DNA of 64,000 nt from an uncultured Bacteroidia bacterium. Its GTDB lineage: Bacteria; Bacteroidota; Bacteroidia; Bacteroidales; F082. The translations under genes were made by a program, and so were the position numbers. The DNA lies in assembly GCA_963759045.1 (NCBI GenBank), contig CAVWXM010000033.1, positions 6,452 to 70,451 of the forward strand, given 5' to 3'. Positions within the stretch are counted from its first letter, which is position 1; each line of letters opens with the position of its first letter. Below are positions 30,335 through 42,427 of the stretch, piece by piece. The notes below the pieces were generated by a model. The model made no database searches. It was not told the origin of the DNA and saw only the letters and a program-made list of their open reading frames with translations.

Positions 30335-31388
30335 TTATCTGTCCCGGTACATTTCGTCATAATACTTCTGGTAATTACCAGAAGTTACATTATCCAGCCA
30401 TTCCTGATTTTCAAGGTACCAGTCAATGGTTTTTTCGATGCCTTCTTCAAATTGAACGAAGGAACCCAGCCTAGTTCATTTTGTAATTTGGTTGAGTCGA
30501 TGGCATAGCGCAAATCATGTCCGGCACGGTCAGTTACATAGGTGATCAGTTTTTCAGATTCACCTTCAGGACGGCCGAGTTTTTTATCCATCACCTTACA
30601 AAGAACCTTGATCAGGTCGATATTTTTCCATTCGTTGTGACCGCCAATATTAAAGGTTTCACCCACTTTTCCCTGGTGATAAATAACATCAATCGCTCTT
30701 GCATGATCAACTACATACAACCAGTCGCGCACATTTTCACCTTTGCCATAAACCGGTAATGGTTTGTTGTGGCGGATGTTATTGATGAATAATGGAACTA
30801 GTTTTTCGGGAAACTGGTTGGGACCGTAATTGTTTGAGCAATTCGAAATGATAACAGGTAAACCATATGTATCGTTGTAAGCCCTTACCAAATGATCGGA
30901 ACTGGCTTTAGACGCAGAATACGGGCTGTGTGGATCGTAAGGCGTGTCTTCATAAAAGAAACCGGTATCACCCAAAGAACCATACACTTCATCGGTTGAC
31001 ACATGATAAAAAAGTTTGCCATCGAATTTATCTTTCCATGTAAATTTGGCAGCATTAAGCAAGGTTAACAGTTCCAACAATATTGGCCATAATGAATTCC
31101 ATGGGGTTTGAAATGGAACGGTCGACATGCGATTCAGCAGCAAGGTGTACTCACACCATCAAAATTGTGTTGCTGGAATAACTGCTGGACAAAGTCTCCG
31201 TCAACAATGTCGCCTTTTACGAAAGTGTAATTGGGTTTGCTGTCAACATCTTTCAGGTTTTCAAGGTTTCCTGCATAAGTTAGTTTGTCGAGGTTATAAA
31301 TATGATAATCAGGATATTTATTTACGTATAAACGTACAACATGTGATCCGATAAATCCTGCTCCTCCTGTAATTAGTATTTTTTTCAT
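30335..31388 (-). pseudogene. rfbB: dTDP-glucose 4,6-dehydratase with 3 frame disruptions
   Basis: N-terminal ITGGAGFIGSH; an HVSTDEVYG and YSASKA catalytic region. Indels lie near 31147, 31060 and 30470. The corrected reading gives ...[15 protein letters not shown]... and the C-terminus ...FEEGIEKTIDWYLENQEWL...YRDR. Confidence 0.85.
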
Positions 31389-31482
31389 GGTATTTTGTAT
31401 CTAAAATCACCAACCTGAAGGATGGTGTAACTGAAAATCAGCTTTTATTACATTATTAGTTTTTATACTTTTCTTGATCCTT

Positions 31483-32514
31483 TTATCTTTTATCTTTTAT
31501 CTTGTTTCTAATAGCCTGTTCCCATTTCCATGCTGAGTCTGTCATTTCATCCAGGTCTTTTTCTGCTTTCCAGCCCAGTTCAGTATTTGAGTAAGATGAA
31601 TCGGCCCATACTTGCTCAATATCACCCTCTCTTCTACCTACAATTTGATAATTGAGTTTCAATCCTGAGACTTTTTCGAAAGATCTTATTACGTCCAATA
31701 CTGAATAACCAATGCCGGTTCCAAGGTTAAATACTTCAAAATCCTTTTTCATGTTCTGCTCAATCATCCTCTGAACTGCGATCACATGTGCTTTTGCCAG
31801 ATCAACAACATGAATATAGTCGCGAATTGCAGTCCCGTCAGGAGTATTATAATCTTCGCCAAATACACTTAATTTTTCACGAATACCTATGGCTGTTTGT
31901 GTAACATAAGGCAAAAGATTGTCAGGCACACCAAGGGGTAATTCGCCAATTAATACACTTTCGTGAGCGCCAATTGGGTTAAAATACCGCAAGGCGATGG
32001 ATTTTATGTCAGTGACCTTAACCGAATCACAAATTACATCTTCTGAAATCTGTTTGGTATTCCCATAAGGCGATTCTGCCTTTTTAATTGGTGCTGATTC
32101 TGATACAGGAAGCTCATCTGGTTGCCCATATACTGTGCATGAAGAAGAAAACACGAAATGTTGAATCTTGTTCTGAATCATTCCTTCTAATACGTTAACA
32201 AGCGATTCAATATTATTCCTGTAATACAATAGTGGTTTTTCAACCGATTCGCCAACAGCCTTCTTTGCAGCAAAATGGATTACTCCTTTTACATTATTAT
32301 GCCTCTTAAAAAAGTCAGTTGTTTTTGCTTTATCAATAAGGTCAAAAACTTCCAGATCAGGTTTAATACCTGTGATTTTTGCAATTGCATCAACAATATC
32401 AGCTGATGAGTTTGACAGGTTATCAATAATAACTACTTCAAAGCCTGCATTTTGTAATTCAACTACAGTATGTGATCCAATATATCCTGTTCCGCCTGTT
32501 ACTAGAATCTTCAT
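31483..32514 (-). CDS. galE: UDP-glucose 4-epimerase
   Basis: 343 aa. VTGGTGYIGSH and YGNTK (YxxxK). Confidence 0.9.
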   Translation of the reverse strand: MKILVTGGTGYIGSHTVVELQNAGFEVVIIDNLSNSSADIVDAIAKITGIKPDLEVFDLIDKAKTTDFFKRHNNVKGVIHFAAKKAVGESVEKPLLYYRNNIESLVNVLEGMIQNKIQHFVFSSSCTVYGQPDELPVSESAPIKKAESPYGNTKQISEDVICDSVKVTDIKSIALRYFNPIGAHESVLIGELPLGVPDNLLPYVTQTAIGIREKLSVFGEDYNTPDGTAIRDYIHVVDLAKAHVIAVQRMIEQNMKKDFEVFNLGTGIGYSVLDVIRSFEKVSGLKLNYQIVGRREGDIEQVWADSSYSNTELGWKAEKDLDEMTDSAWKWEQAIRNKIKDKR

Positions 32515-32517
32515 GAA

Positions 32518-33096
32518 TTAGTCCATTTTATGCACCCTGTTGTTTTCCAATTTGTATTTTTCATTGCTTTCAGGACAAGTGGCTATTCCTTCCTTATTAA
32601 ACTCCAGCCGATGACCGTAAACACTCATCCAGCCAATTTGCCTGGCTGGGTTTCCCACAACCAAAGCGTAGGGTAAAACTTCTTTGGTAACCACAGCGCC
32701 AGCACCTATAAATGAGTATTCCCCAATGTTATATCCGCAGACAATGGTTGCATTGGCACCGATGCTTGCACCTTTTCTTACAACAGTTTTTACATACTGA
32801 TCTTTTCTAATAATTGCACTGCGCGGATTTACAATATTGGTAAATACCATTGAAGGGCCAAGAAATACGTCATCTTCACAGATAACACCTGTGTAAAGTG
32901 AAACGTTATTTTGAATCTTGACATTGTTTCCAAGAACAACATCAGGTGATACAACAACATTCTGCCCAATGTTGCAATTTTGTCCAATATTACAATTGGG
33001 CATGATATGAGTAAAATGCCAGATTTTAGTTCCTTTTCCAATATCACAGCCTTCATCGACGACGGCTGTTTCGTGTGCAAAATATTCTTTGTTCAT
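32518..33096 (-). CDS. Hexapeptide-repeat sugar N-acetyltransferase (WbpD/WlbB-like)
   Basis: 192 aa with left-handed beta-helix hexapeptide repeats, adjacent to a DegT-type aminotransferase. Confidence 0.8.
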   Translation of the reverse strand: MNKEYFAHETAVVDEGCDIGKGTKIWHFTHIMPNCNIGQNCNIGQNVVVSPDVVLGNNVKIQNNVSLYTGVICEDDVFLGPSMVFTNIVNPRSAIIRKDQYVKTVVRKGASIGANATIVCGYNIGEYSFIGAGAVVTKEVLPYALVVGNPARQIGWMSVYGHRLEFNKEGIATCPESNEKYKLENNRVHKMD

Positions 33097-33097
33097 A

Positions 33098-34231
33098 CTA
33101 TTTGTTTACAAATTCTAATACCGCATCGGTAATTTCTTTTTGAATTTCTTCAGTTAATTCAGTGTGAATTGGTAGCGAAATTACTGATTTAGCGAGTGAT
33201 TCTGTTACCGGAAAATCACCCTCATTATAACGAGGGTCAAGATAAGCTTTTTGCATATGTAGAGGTACCGGGTAATAAACTGCTGATGCAATTCCTTTGT
33301 CAGCCAAATGCTTCATCAAACCTTCCCGGTTAACATTTTTCAAAACCAAAGTATATTGATGAAAAACATGGGTTGTAAATGATGCTGTTACCGGAGTTTT
33401 AATTTTCGGATGATTGGCAAATGCCTTATTATAATAGGCTGCTGCTTTTTGCCGTGCTGCTGCATATTCGTCAAGGTGTTTTAGTTTTACATCTAGAATA
33501 GCAGCTTGAATAGTATCGAGTCTTGAATTTACACCAACATAATCATGATAGTAGCGAACAGCCATACCATGGTTTACCACCACCCTCATTTGATTTGCCA
33601 GTTCATCATCATTGGTAAAAATGGCACCACCATCACCATAAGCTCCAAGGTTTTTCGCTGGAAAAAATGAAGTACAACCAATATGCCCGATTGCTCCAGC
33701 TTTCTTGGTTTTGCTGCTTTTAGTGCAGGTGTAGTCAGCACCAATTGCCTGTGCATTGTCTTCGATTACGGTTAAGTCATGTTTTAATGCAATCTGTTTG
33801 ATGGTGTGCATATCAGCACATTGCCCGAACAAATGTACCGGAATAATGGCTTTTGTTTTTGGTGTGATTGCGTTTTCAATGGCTTCAGGATCAATGTTAA
33901 AAGTATCCGGGTCAACATCTACTAAGACAGGAGTTAATTTTAACAATGCAATAACTTCGGCAGTTGCTATAAAAGTAAACGAAGTTGTAATGACCTCGTC
34001 ACCTGGTTCCAGCCCAAGCGCCATTAGTGCAACTTGCAGTGCATCAGTACCATTTGCACACGGAATAACATGTTTAACTCCAAGATAGTTTTCAAGGTTT
34101 GTTTGAAACTGTTTTACTTGTGGTCCTCCCACAAAATAAGCTGATTCAACAACTTCCTGAATAGCAGCATCTATTTCAGGTTTTATTTTGTTGTACTGAC
34201 CAACAAGGTCAACCATTTGATACTTGATCAT
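33098..34231 (-). CDS. DegT/DnrJ/EryC1/StrS-family sugar aminotransferase (WbpE-like)
   Basis: 377 aa. NGTDAL..., ...DNAQAIGA... and SFFPAKNLG (PLP lysine) motifs. Confidence 0.88.
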   Translation of the reverse strand: MIKYQMVDLVGQYNKIKPEIDAAIQEVVESAYFVGGPQVKQFQTNLENYLGVKHVIPCANGTDALQVALMALGLEPGDEVITTSFTFIATAEVIALLKLTPVLVDVDPDTFNIDPEAIENAITPKTKAIIPVHLFGQCADMHTIKQIALKHDLTVIEDNAQAIGADYTCTKSSKTKKAGAIGHIGCTSFFPAKNLGAYGDGGAIFTNDDELANQMRVVVNHGMAVRYYHDYVGVNSRLDTIQAAILDVKLKHLDEYAAARQKAAAYYNKAFANHPKIKTPVTASFTTHVFHQYTLVLKNVNREGLMKHLADKGIASAVYYPVPLHMQKAYLDPRYNEGDFPVTESLAKSVISLPIHTELTEEIQKEITDAVLEFVNK

Positions 34232-34371
34232 ATAAATTATATTTAGGCTTTTTAATTTATTTTGGGAGGCAAAGGTATAGAAATTGATGTAGTTTAATAA
34301 ACATTAATTTATGTTCTTTAACCTAATATCAAATCGCTTATTTTACAACGATTATCGAAAATGCAAATTAC

Positions 34372-34379
34372 TATCTTTG
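34372..34379 (+). promoter_or_regulatory. Putative -7 box (TATCTTTG) inside the track ORF
   Basis: Exact TAnnTTTG match. An in-frame TTG at 34397 gives MRKATSIIITLFLAFQVNAQ, a clean signal peptide. Confidence 0.4.
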
Positions 34380-34396
34380 CCAAAATTTTAGTTCTT

Positions 34397-35188
34397 TTGA
34401 GAAAAGCGACATCAATAATAATAACGCTGTTTTTGGCTTTCCAGGTCAATGCGCAGGTCAATGCAAATGATTCAGCAGTAGCATCTTTTATTCCAAGTTT
34501 TGCTTATGCGTTTCAATTACCTGGTGGCAATGTTGCCAACAGTTATGGATATAATTCAACCATCGGTGGTGCCCTAATGTATAAAACCAAGAAAAACCTG
34601 CTTTTTTCATTTGACGTAAATTTCATTTTCGGAAACCAGGTAAAAAATGCCGACACCATATTATGGATGATCACCAATAGCGATGGAACCATTATTGATG
34701 CAAATGGGATTTACCCCGAGTATGCTATTTATGAAAGAGGATACAGCATTAATTTCAGGATTGGTAAGATTTTTAAATTATTACGTACAAATCCTAATTC
34801 AGGATTGATGCTTATGGGCGGAGCGGGATATCTCACACACAGAATGCTGGTTGAGGTGCAGGGAGAAACTGTGCCACAGCTAAAAGATGACTATGGTAAG
34901 GGCTATGACAGGTTGACAGGAGGATTTAGTCTAAATGAATTCATTGGTTATTTTTATATGGGAAGATCGAGGGTGTTGAATTTTTATGGTGGATTTGAGT
35001 TTTACCAGGCTTTTACCAAAAATTTACGCGATAGAAACTTCGACCAATTGATTTACAATAGTTCGAACAACACTTATGAAGTTGTAGGGAAAGACAACAA
35101 TAATTATTTAGATCTGTTCTTTGGAATTAAAATTGGCTGGATGATACCGGTTTATAATCGGGCTCCTGATAATTACTATTACAATTAG
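34397..35188 (+). CDS. Hypothetical secreted / outer-membrane protein
   Basis: Signal peptide, alternating aromatic/hydrophobic strands and a C-terminal aromatic-rich end. No family recognised. Confidence 0.55.
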   Translation: MRKATSIIITLFLAFQVNAQVNANDSAVASFIPSFAYAFQLPGGNVANSYGYNSTIGGALMYKTKKNLLFSFDVNFIFGNQVKNADTILWMITNSDGTIIDANGIYPEYAIYERGYSINFRIGKIFKLLRTNPNSGLMLMGGAGYLTHRMLVEVQGETVPQLKDDYGKGYDRLTGGFSLNEFIGYFYMGRSRVLNFYGGFEFYQAFTKNLRDRNFDQLIYNSSNNTYEVVGKDNNNYLDLFFGIKIGWMIPVYNRAPDNYYYN

Positions 35189-35190
35189 TA

Positions 35191-36441
35191 ATGCGGTTAG
35201 TCTACAACATTACCATTTACCTGCTCAGATTCGGCCTTTGGATTGCGTCTTTTTTTAACCCAAAAGCAAAAAAATGGATTAACGGAAGAAAAGGTCAATT
35301 TGAAAGATTAGCAATTGACATTATACCTGGTGACCGTATTATTTGGTTTCATTGCGCCAGTTTAGGCGAGTTTGAACAAGGTCGGCCGATAGTTGAGGCT
35401 TTTCGCAAAAACTTTTCCAATCATAAACTTTTGCTTACCTTTTTTTCGCCATCAGGATATGAAATAACAAAAAACACAACGCTTGTTGATTTTGTATATT
35501 ATTTACCACTTGACAGTCCGCGAAATACACGTAAATTTATTTCAATGGTTAACCCGAGAGTGGCCATTTTTATAAAATATGAATACTGGTTTAACTTCAT
35601 CAATCAGCTGGAAAAAAACAAAATCCCAACATTCATCATTTCAGCCATATTTCAACCTTCGCAATATATTTTTAAACCTTGGGGGAAATGGCCTTTGCAT
35701 CAATTGCAAAAGATCACCCATTTTTTTGTTCAGGATGAAAACTCCTTGAAATTATTGAATCAGGTAAAAGTTTATCATGCTGATATTAGTGGTGATACAC
35801 GTTTCGACAGGGTGCTTGCACTCGCTTCTGAAGAAAAAGAGTTCCCAGAAGTTCAAACTTTTAATAATGGACCTGAACCATTGATAGTGGCCGGAAGCAC
35901 CTGGCCTGCCGATGAAGATATTTTATTGAAATTAATAGAACAACCATCAAGTAGTTTCAAACTGATTATTGCACCACATGAAATAAAAAAGAATCGGATT
36001 GACCAACTTCTTCAAAAATTCAATTCCTACAGTCCTCAGAAATATTCTCAAATTGATAAAAGTACAATTGCTAATTCAAGGGTGTTAATTATTGATAGCA
36101 TTGGTATGCTGTCTTATCTGTATCGACATGCAAAAATAACTTACGTTGGTGGTGGTTTTGGAGTTGGCATTCATAATTTGCTCGAAGCAGCTACATACGG
36201 TTTACCAATTATATTTGGACCTAATTATCAAAAATTCAGAGAGGCCATTGAATTAATAAATCTAGAAGCCGGTTATTCAATTTCCAATGCTATGGAATGT
36301 ATCGAAACGGTAAAACTGCTGAACACCGATAAAATAGTGTACAAAAAAAGCGGTAAGGCTGCTTTTGATTATGTAAGGAATAATTCAGGAGCTACCCAAA
36401 AGATCATCGAGAAGGTGAAGGATTATCTGATAGTTGATTAA
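35191..36441 (+). CDS. waaA: 3-deoxy-D-manno-octulosonic acid (Kdo) transferase
   Basis: 416 aa. IWFHCASLGEFEQGRPIVEAF is the KdtA/WaaA signature. Confidence 0.9.
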   Translation: MRLVYNITIYLLRFGLWIASFFNPKAKKWINGRKGQFERLAIDIIPGDRIIWFHCASLGEFEQGRPIVEAFRKNFSNHKLLLTFFSPSGYEITKNTTLVDFVYYLPLDSPRNTRKFISMVNPRVAIFIKYEYWFNFINQLEKNKIPTFIISAIFQPSQYIFKPWGKWPLHQLQKITHFFVQDENSLKLLNQVKVYHADISGDTRFDRVLALASEEKEFPEVQTFNNGPEPLIVAGSTWPADEDILLKLIEQPSSSFKLIIAPHEIKKNRIDQLLQKFNSYSPQKYSQIDKSTIANSRVLIIDSIGMLSYLYRHAKITYVGGGFGVGIHNLLEAATYGLPIIFGPNYQKFREAIELINLEAGYSISNAMECIETVKLLNTDKIVYKKSGKAAFDYVRNNSGATQKIIEKVKDYLIVD

Positions 36442-36502
36442 AATTTGCTTGTTATTTTTTCTTAAAACTTTTCTAATTTTTAAACTTCTGTATTTTCTTT
36501 AA

Positions 36503-36510
36503 TATTTTTG
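36503..36510 (+). promoter_or_regulatory. Putative -7 box (TATTTTTG)
   Basis: Exact TAnnTTTG match 24 nt upstream of ATG 36534. Confidence 0.35.
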
Positions 36511-36533
36511 TAAAAATTGAATATTTATTGATT

Positions 36534-37971
36534 ATGAAGACACTTTTAAGAAAAGCACTACGCAAACCTACGGCTGCAGACACAATTTATTTGGTGAAGG
36601 CTGGTCCGGATTTATCTGATTTAAACCTCACTGAAGACGAGATAAATTACACGAAGAAAGAACACCGTTTAAAACAGAATATCATTGAAATTAACAGATT
36701 AAAAAACAGGATTATTGTAGTTTTCTGTAATTTTTCGGGTTTTAAATCACAAAAACTCGAAAATAATCGAAAGCTCGGTGCTGATATACAATCAATCTTA
36801 AATAAAGCAAAAAGTGAAAGGGTAGTTGTATATCCTGTTAATTCAAGCCAGGATGAGATATTTGCCTTTGTTGAAGGTTTGGTTTTAAGTAACTATCAAT
36901 TCCTTAAGTATAAAAAAGATGTAAAGAAACTAGAGAATAGCCTTAAGCAGATTGATATTTATGATGATGAGATCTCTGAAGGTGCTATTGAAGAATACAG
37001 TGTATTGCTAGAGGCCGTATTCTGTGCACGCGACCTTGTTAATGAACCTTTGTCGTTCTTAACTGCCACCCAATTTGCCGAGGAGATCAAAGAACTCGGG
37101 AAACAATCAAATGCAAAAGTTGAAGTTTTCAATAAAAAGAAAATTGAATCACTGAAAATGGGTGGTTTATTGGCAGTTAACAAAGGCAGTATTGATCCAC
37201 CCACTTTTTCAATCATTGAATGGAAACCAAAAAACGCTGTTAATACAAAACCATATGTCCTTGTTGGCAAAGGTGTTGTTTATGATACAGGTGGACTTAG
37301 CTTAAAGCCATCCAATTTTATGGATACTATGAAATGTGACATGGCTGGCGGTGCAGCAGTGGCAGGTGCTATGTTTGCTATTGCAAAAAATAAATTACCG
37401 GTTCATGTCATTGGCTTGGTCCCTGCTACGGACAACCGGCCTGACGGAAATGCCTATGTGCCTGGTGATGTGGTAACAATGTATGATGGTAGTACGGTTG
37501 AGGTATTAAATACAGATGCTGAAGGCAGGATGATCCTTGCAGATGCATTAAGTTATGCAAAACAATATAATCCTGAACTTGTAATCAATATTGCTACCCT
37601 TACCGGGGCAGCTGCCCGTGCAATTGGCTCAATGGCATTGGTTGGTATGACGGTGAAAGCAGATCAGGAATTTCAGCAATTGCAACGTTCAGGTGAGAAA
37701 GTATTTGAACGTATTGTTGAGTTCCCAATCTGGGATGATTATAAAGATTAGTTAAAATCAGAAATTGCCGATCAGAAAAATATTGGTGGAGCAGATGCAG
37801 GTGCAATTACAGCTGGAAAATTTCTTGAACATTTTACTGATTATCCATTTATTCATCTTGATATTGCCGGACCAGCTTTCCTTGGAAAAAAGGACTACTT
37901 ACAGAACCGCTGGCGCCACGGCAGTCGGTGTGAGGCTGTTTTACGATTTTGTAAAATCCAAAGCAATCTAA
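36534..37971 (+). pseudogene. pepA: M17 leucyl aminopeptidase with an in-frame TAG (37749-37751) and a later frameshift (about 37885)
   Basis: VGKGVVYDTGG and NTDAEGR motifs. The same frame past the TAG reads [28 protein letters not shown]...HLDIAGPAF. The last roughly 30 aa ([17 protein letters not shown]) are in another frame. Confidence 0.85.
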
Positions 37972-38067
37972 AAAGAATTTTGAACAAACATATACCTTAT
38001 TACATATAGTAGCACTTGTAAAACCGTTTGATATTTCGTACATTTAGGGGCATAAAAACAAATCATC

Positions 38068-38745
38068 ATGCCCAATACACTGCTAAATTATTTTGATCAG
38101 CGATTTGAAAAAAGTAAAATTGCTGCTTCCACAACGTCTGGCCCGTTTATCACCATCTCAAGGCAAACAGGCTGTAATGGAACCGGCATTGCCATTGACC
38201 TGGTAAAGGCACTTAAAGCAAAAAATAAAAGCTGGAAGTATTTAAATAAGGAAATTCTAGAAGAATCGGCAAATAAACTAAAGCTCGACCAGTCTAAGAT
38301 CAAATATGTGTTTGAAACAAAAAAGAAATCGCATATTGATGATGTATTGTCAGCATTTTCGAGCAGATATTATAAAAGTGATAAAATTGTACGAAAAACC
38401 ATTACCGAACTTCTTCAGCAGTATGCGCAAGTTGGAAATGTGATAATAATCGGACGAGCAGGCATTGCAACAACAAATAATATAAAAAACGGTTTGCATT
38501 TAAGGTTTACTGCACCTTACGAGTGGCGTGTCAATTCCTTGCAAAAAAGAAAGGAATTCGAAAACACGAATGTTGCCAAATTCATCAAAGAACATGACCT
38601 TAAAAAACAGAAATTAATTGAAGACTTTTGTGGCAAACAAATTGGTGATATTTACTTTGATTTATCTATTAATTGTGCAGCATTTTCAAGGCAACAGATC
38701 ATTTCACTGATCATTGAAACAATGACAATGAAAAATATGGTTTAA
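38068..38745 (+). CDS. Cytidylate-kinase-like family (P-loop-like) protein
   Basis: 225 aa. FITISRQTGCNGTGIA is typical of the Cytidylate_kin2 family. Confidence 0.7.
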   Translation: MPNTLLNYFDQRFEKSKIAASTTSGPFITISRQTGCNGTGIAIDLVKALKAKNKSWKYLNKEILEESANKLKLDQSKIKYVFETKKKSHIDDVLSAFSSRYYKSDKIVRKTITELLQQYAQVGNVIIIGRAGIATTNNIKNGLHLRFTAPYEWRVNSLQKRKEFENTNVAKFIKEHDLKKQKLIEDFCGKQIGDIYFDLSINCAAFSRQQIISLIIETMTMKNMV

Positions 38746-38941
38746 TTCATTCGGAAATACCAGATCTTATTGGCCAGTCATAAACTGCAATTCACATAAA
38801 TATTTCGTAAAAAATCCTTTTTTAGTCTATATCGGCTTATTATAATTATTCAATATAAAACAGTCGGGTTGACTTATCGTTTATAAACTTAGTTTGGTAG
38901 AATTCTGGTGATTCTACCATTGCTGATCTTTGAATAAATTG

Positions 38942-38949
38942 TACATTTG
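38942..38949 (+). promoter_or_regulatory. Putative -7 box (TACATTTG)
   Basis: Exact TAnnTTTG match 33 nt upstream of ATG 38982. The same gtacatttgg core recurs at 51086. Confidence 0.4.
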
Positions 38950-38981
38950 GGCTCTTGTTAACAACTCATGTAATTGCAACC

Positions 38982-39968
38982 ATGTTGAATAAAATACTAT
39001 TTGGACTTCTTATTCTTGCTGGAATTATTTCTTTTAACCGATGTAGCAACGATGTAGATCTATATGCGGAATACGAGGAAATTACTGTCGTTTACGGACT
39101 GCTCGATATATCTGATGACACCAGCTGGATAAAAGTAACAAGGGCTTTCTCAGGACCCGGGAACGCACTCTTAATTGCTCAAAATCCTGATTCCAGTAAT
39201 TTTCCATATAAACTCGATGTTACAATTACAGGAAGAAAAAATGGAGTTAACCTCACACCTGTTCAATTTGATACAATAACCATACACAAGAAAAAAGCCG
39301 GGGATTCCATTTTTTACTATCCTGATCAACTGGTTTACTATACAACCGGAAATATTGATGTTGATGCAAATTATACTTTATCGATCAAAACAAAGGAAAA
39401 TGAGATCAGTGCTCAAACACCCTTAATTGATGATTTTATTATTATCACTCCCCGCAACAGGATAAATTTTGATACCGACAATGTGAAATTTGAGTGGAAA
39501 ACACCTGCCAATAGCAAACGATTTGAGGTATCATATGTTTTTAATTACCAGGAAATGATACCCGGTAATTCTGATACTTTAAATAAATCCTTGTCGTGGT
39601 TTGTTGATACTGAAAGCTCTGAAGATACTGATGGTTCTGAAATTATCGAAATAGCTGGTTATGACGGTGCAAAGTTCTTTTCGAAGCTTGAAAACGAATT
39701 ACAGGATGAGAATGATATACCCGGAATTAAAAGATGGGCAGGACCTGTTACTGTATATGTCGCGACCGGAACTCAGGTATTGCACAATTATCTTTCAATT
39801 AATTCCGTTGAAGGTAGTTTACTTGAAGAAGTACCGATATATACAAACATTGAAAATGGTACAGGTATATTTGCATCAAGGCATACCGTTATCAAGAGCG
39901 TTGATGTAAGCAATGCAACATTAAATGTTCTCGTTGATATGGACCTTGGTTTCCTGTTCCCTGAATAG
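38982..39968 (+). CDS. Hypothetical lipoprotein
   Basis: MLNKILFGLLILAGIISFNRC is a lipoprotein-type signal. No family is confidently recognised. Confidence 0.55.
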   Translation: MLNKILFGLLILAGIISFNRCSNDVDLYAEYEEITVVYGLLDISDDTSWIKVTRAFSGPGNALLIAQNPDSSNFPYKLDVTITGRKNGVNLTPVQFDTITIHKKKAGDSIFYYPDQLVYYTTGNIDVDANYTLSIKTKENEISAQTPLIDDFIIITPRNRINFDTDNVKFEWKTPANSKRFEVSYVFNYQEMIPGNSDTLNKSLSWFVDTESSEDTDGSEIIEIAGYDGAKFFSKLENELQDENDIPGIKRWAGPVTVYVATGTQVLHNYLSINSVEGSLLEEVPIYTNIENGTGIFASRHTVIKSVDVSNATLNVLVDMDLGFLFPE

Positions 39969-40243
39969 TACCCTAACTACAAAAAATATTCAACAAAATT
40001 CTTTATTTCTTAAGGCATTTTCTGCCGTTTTGTCACCGTTTTACATTTGATCTCGTTATCTTGTCTCACCTAGTTAATAGTCTGTATATTATTAATTAAC
40101 AGACATATAAATTCAATATTTCCAATTAAGCATACTGTTAAGAATGCAGTAAACATTGGTTTATGTCATTTGGCATAATCATTGACAAAAGGTAAGAAAC
40201 AATTTAATCTGCATAGTATTAATAATTATAAATTCGATAATAA

Positions 40244-42174
<1,931 letters not shown>

Positions 42175-42193
42175 ATCAACTATTAAATAAATA

Positions 42194-42226
42194 AAAAGGG
42201 GCAGCCATTCGGTTGCCCCTTTTTTA
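42194..42226 (+). terminator. Rho-independent terminator after dnaK
   Basis: The sequence aaaaggggcagccattcggttgcccctttttt forms a 9-bp GC-rich stem with a 4-nt loop and a T-run. Confidence 0.88.
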
Positions 42227-42427
42227 TTTCAACCAATCTTTTAATAGTTATTAACAGTCCAAAATTAAAGGGGCATTTTCCTTATTTTAGACAGCTTTTT
42301 CCTATTAAATTAAAAATTAAATACTTTATGATTTTAATGTTTCCCAATAAATTATTTAAACCCATTAATTGAGAAAAGCAATATTGAAAATACAAATAAT
42401 TGTTGGAAATAATATTTATTGAACAAA

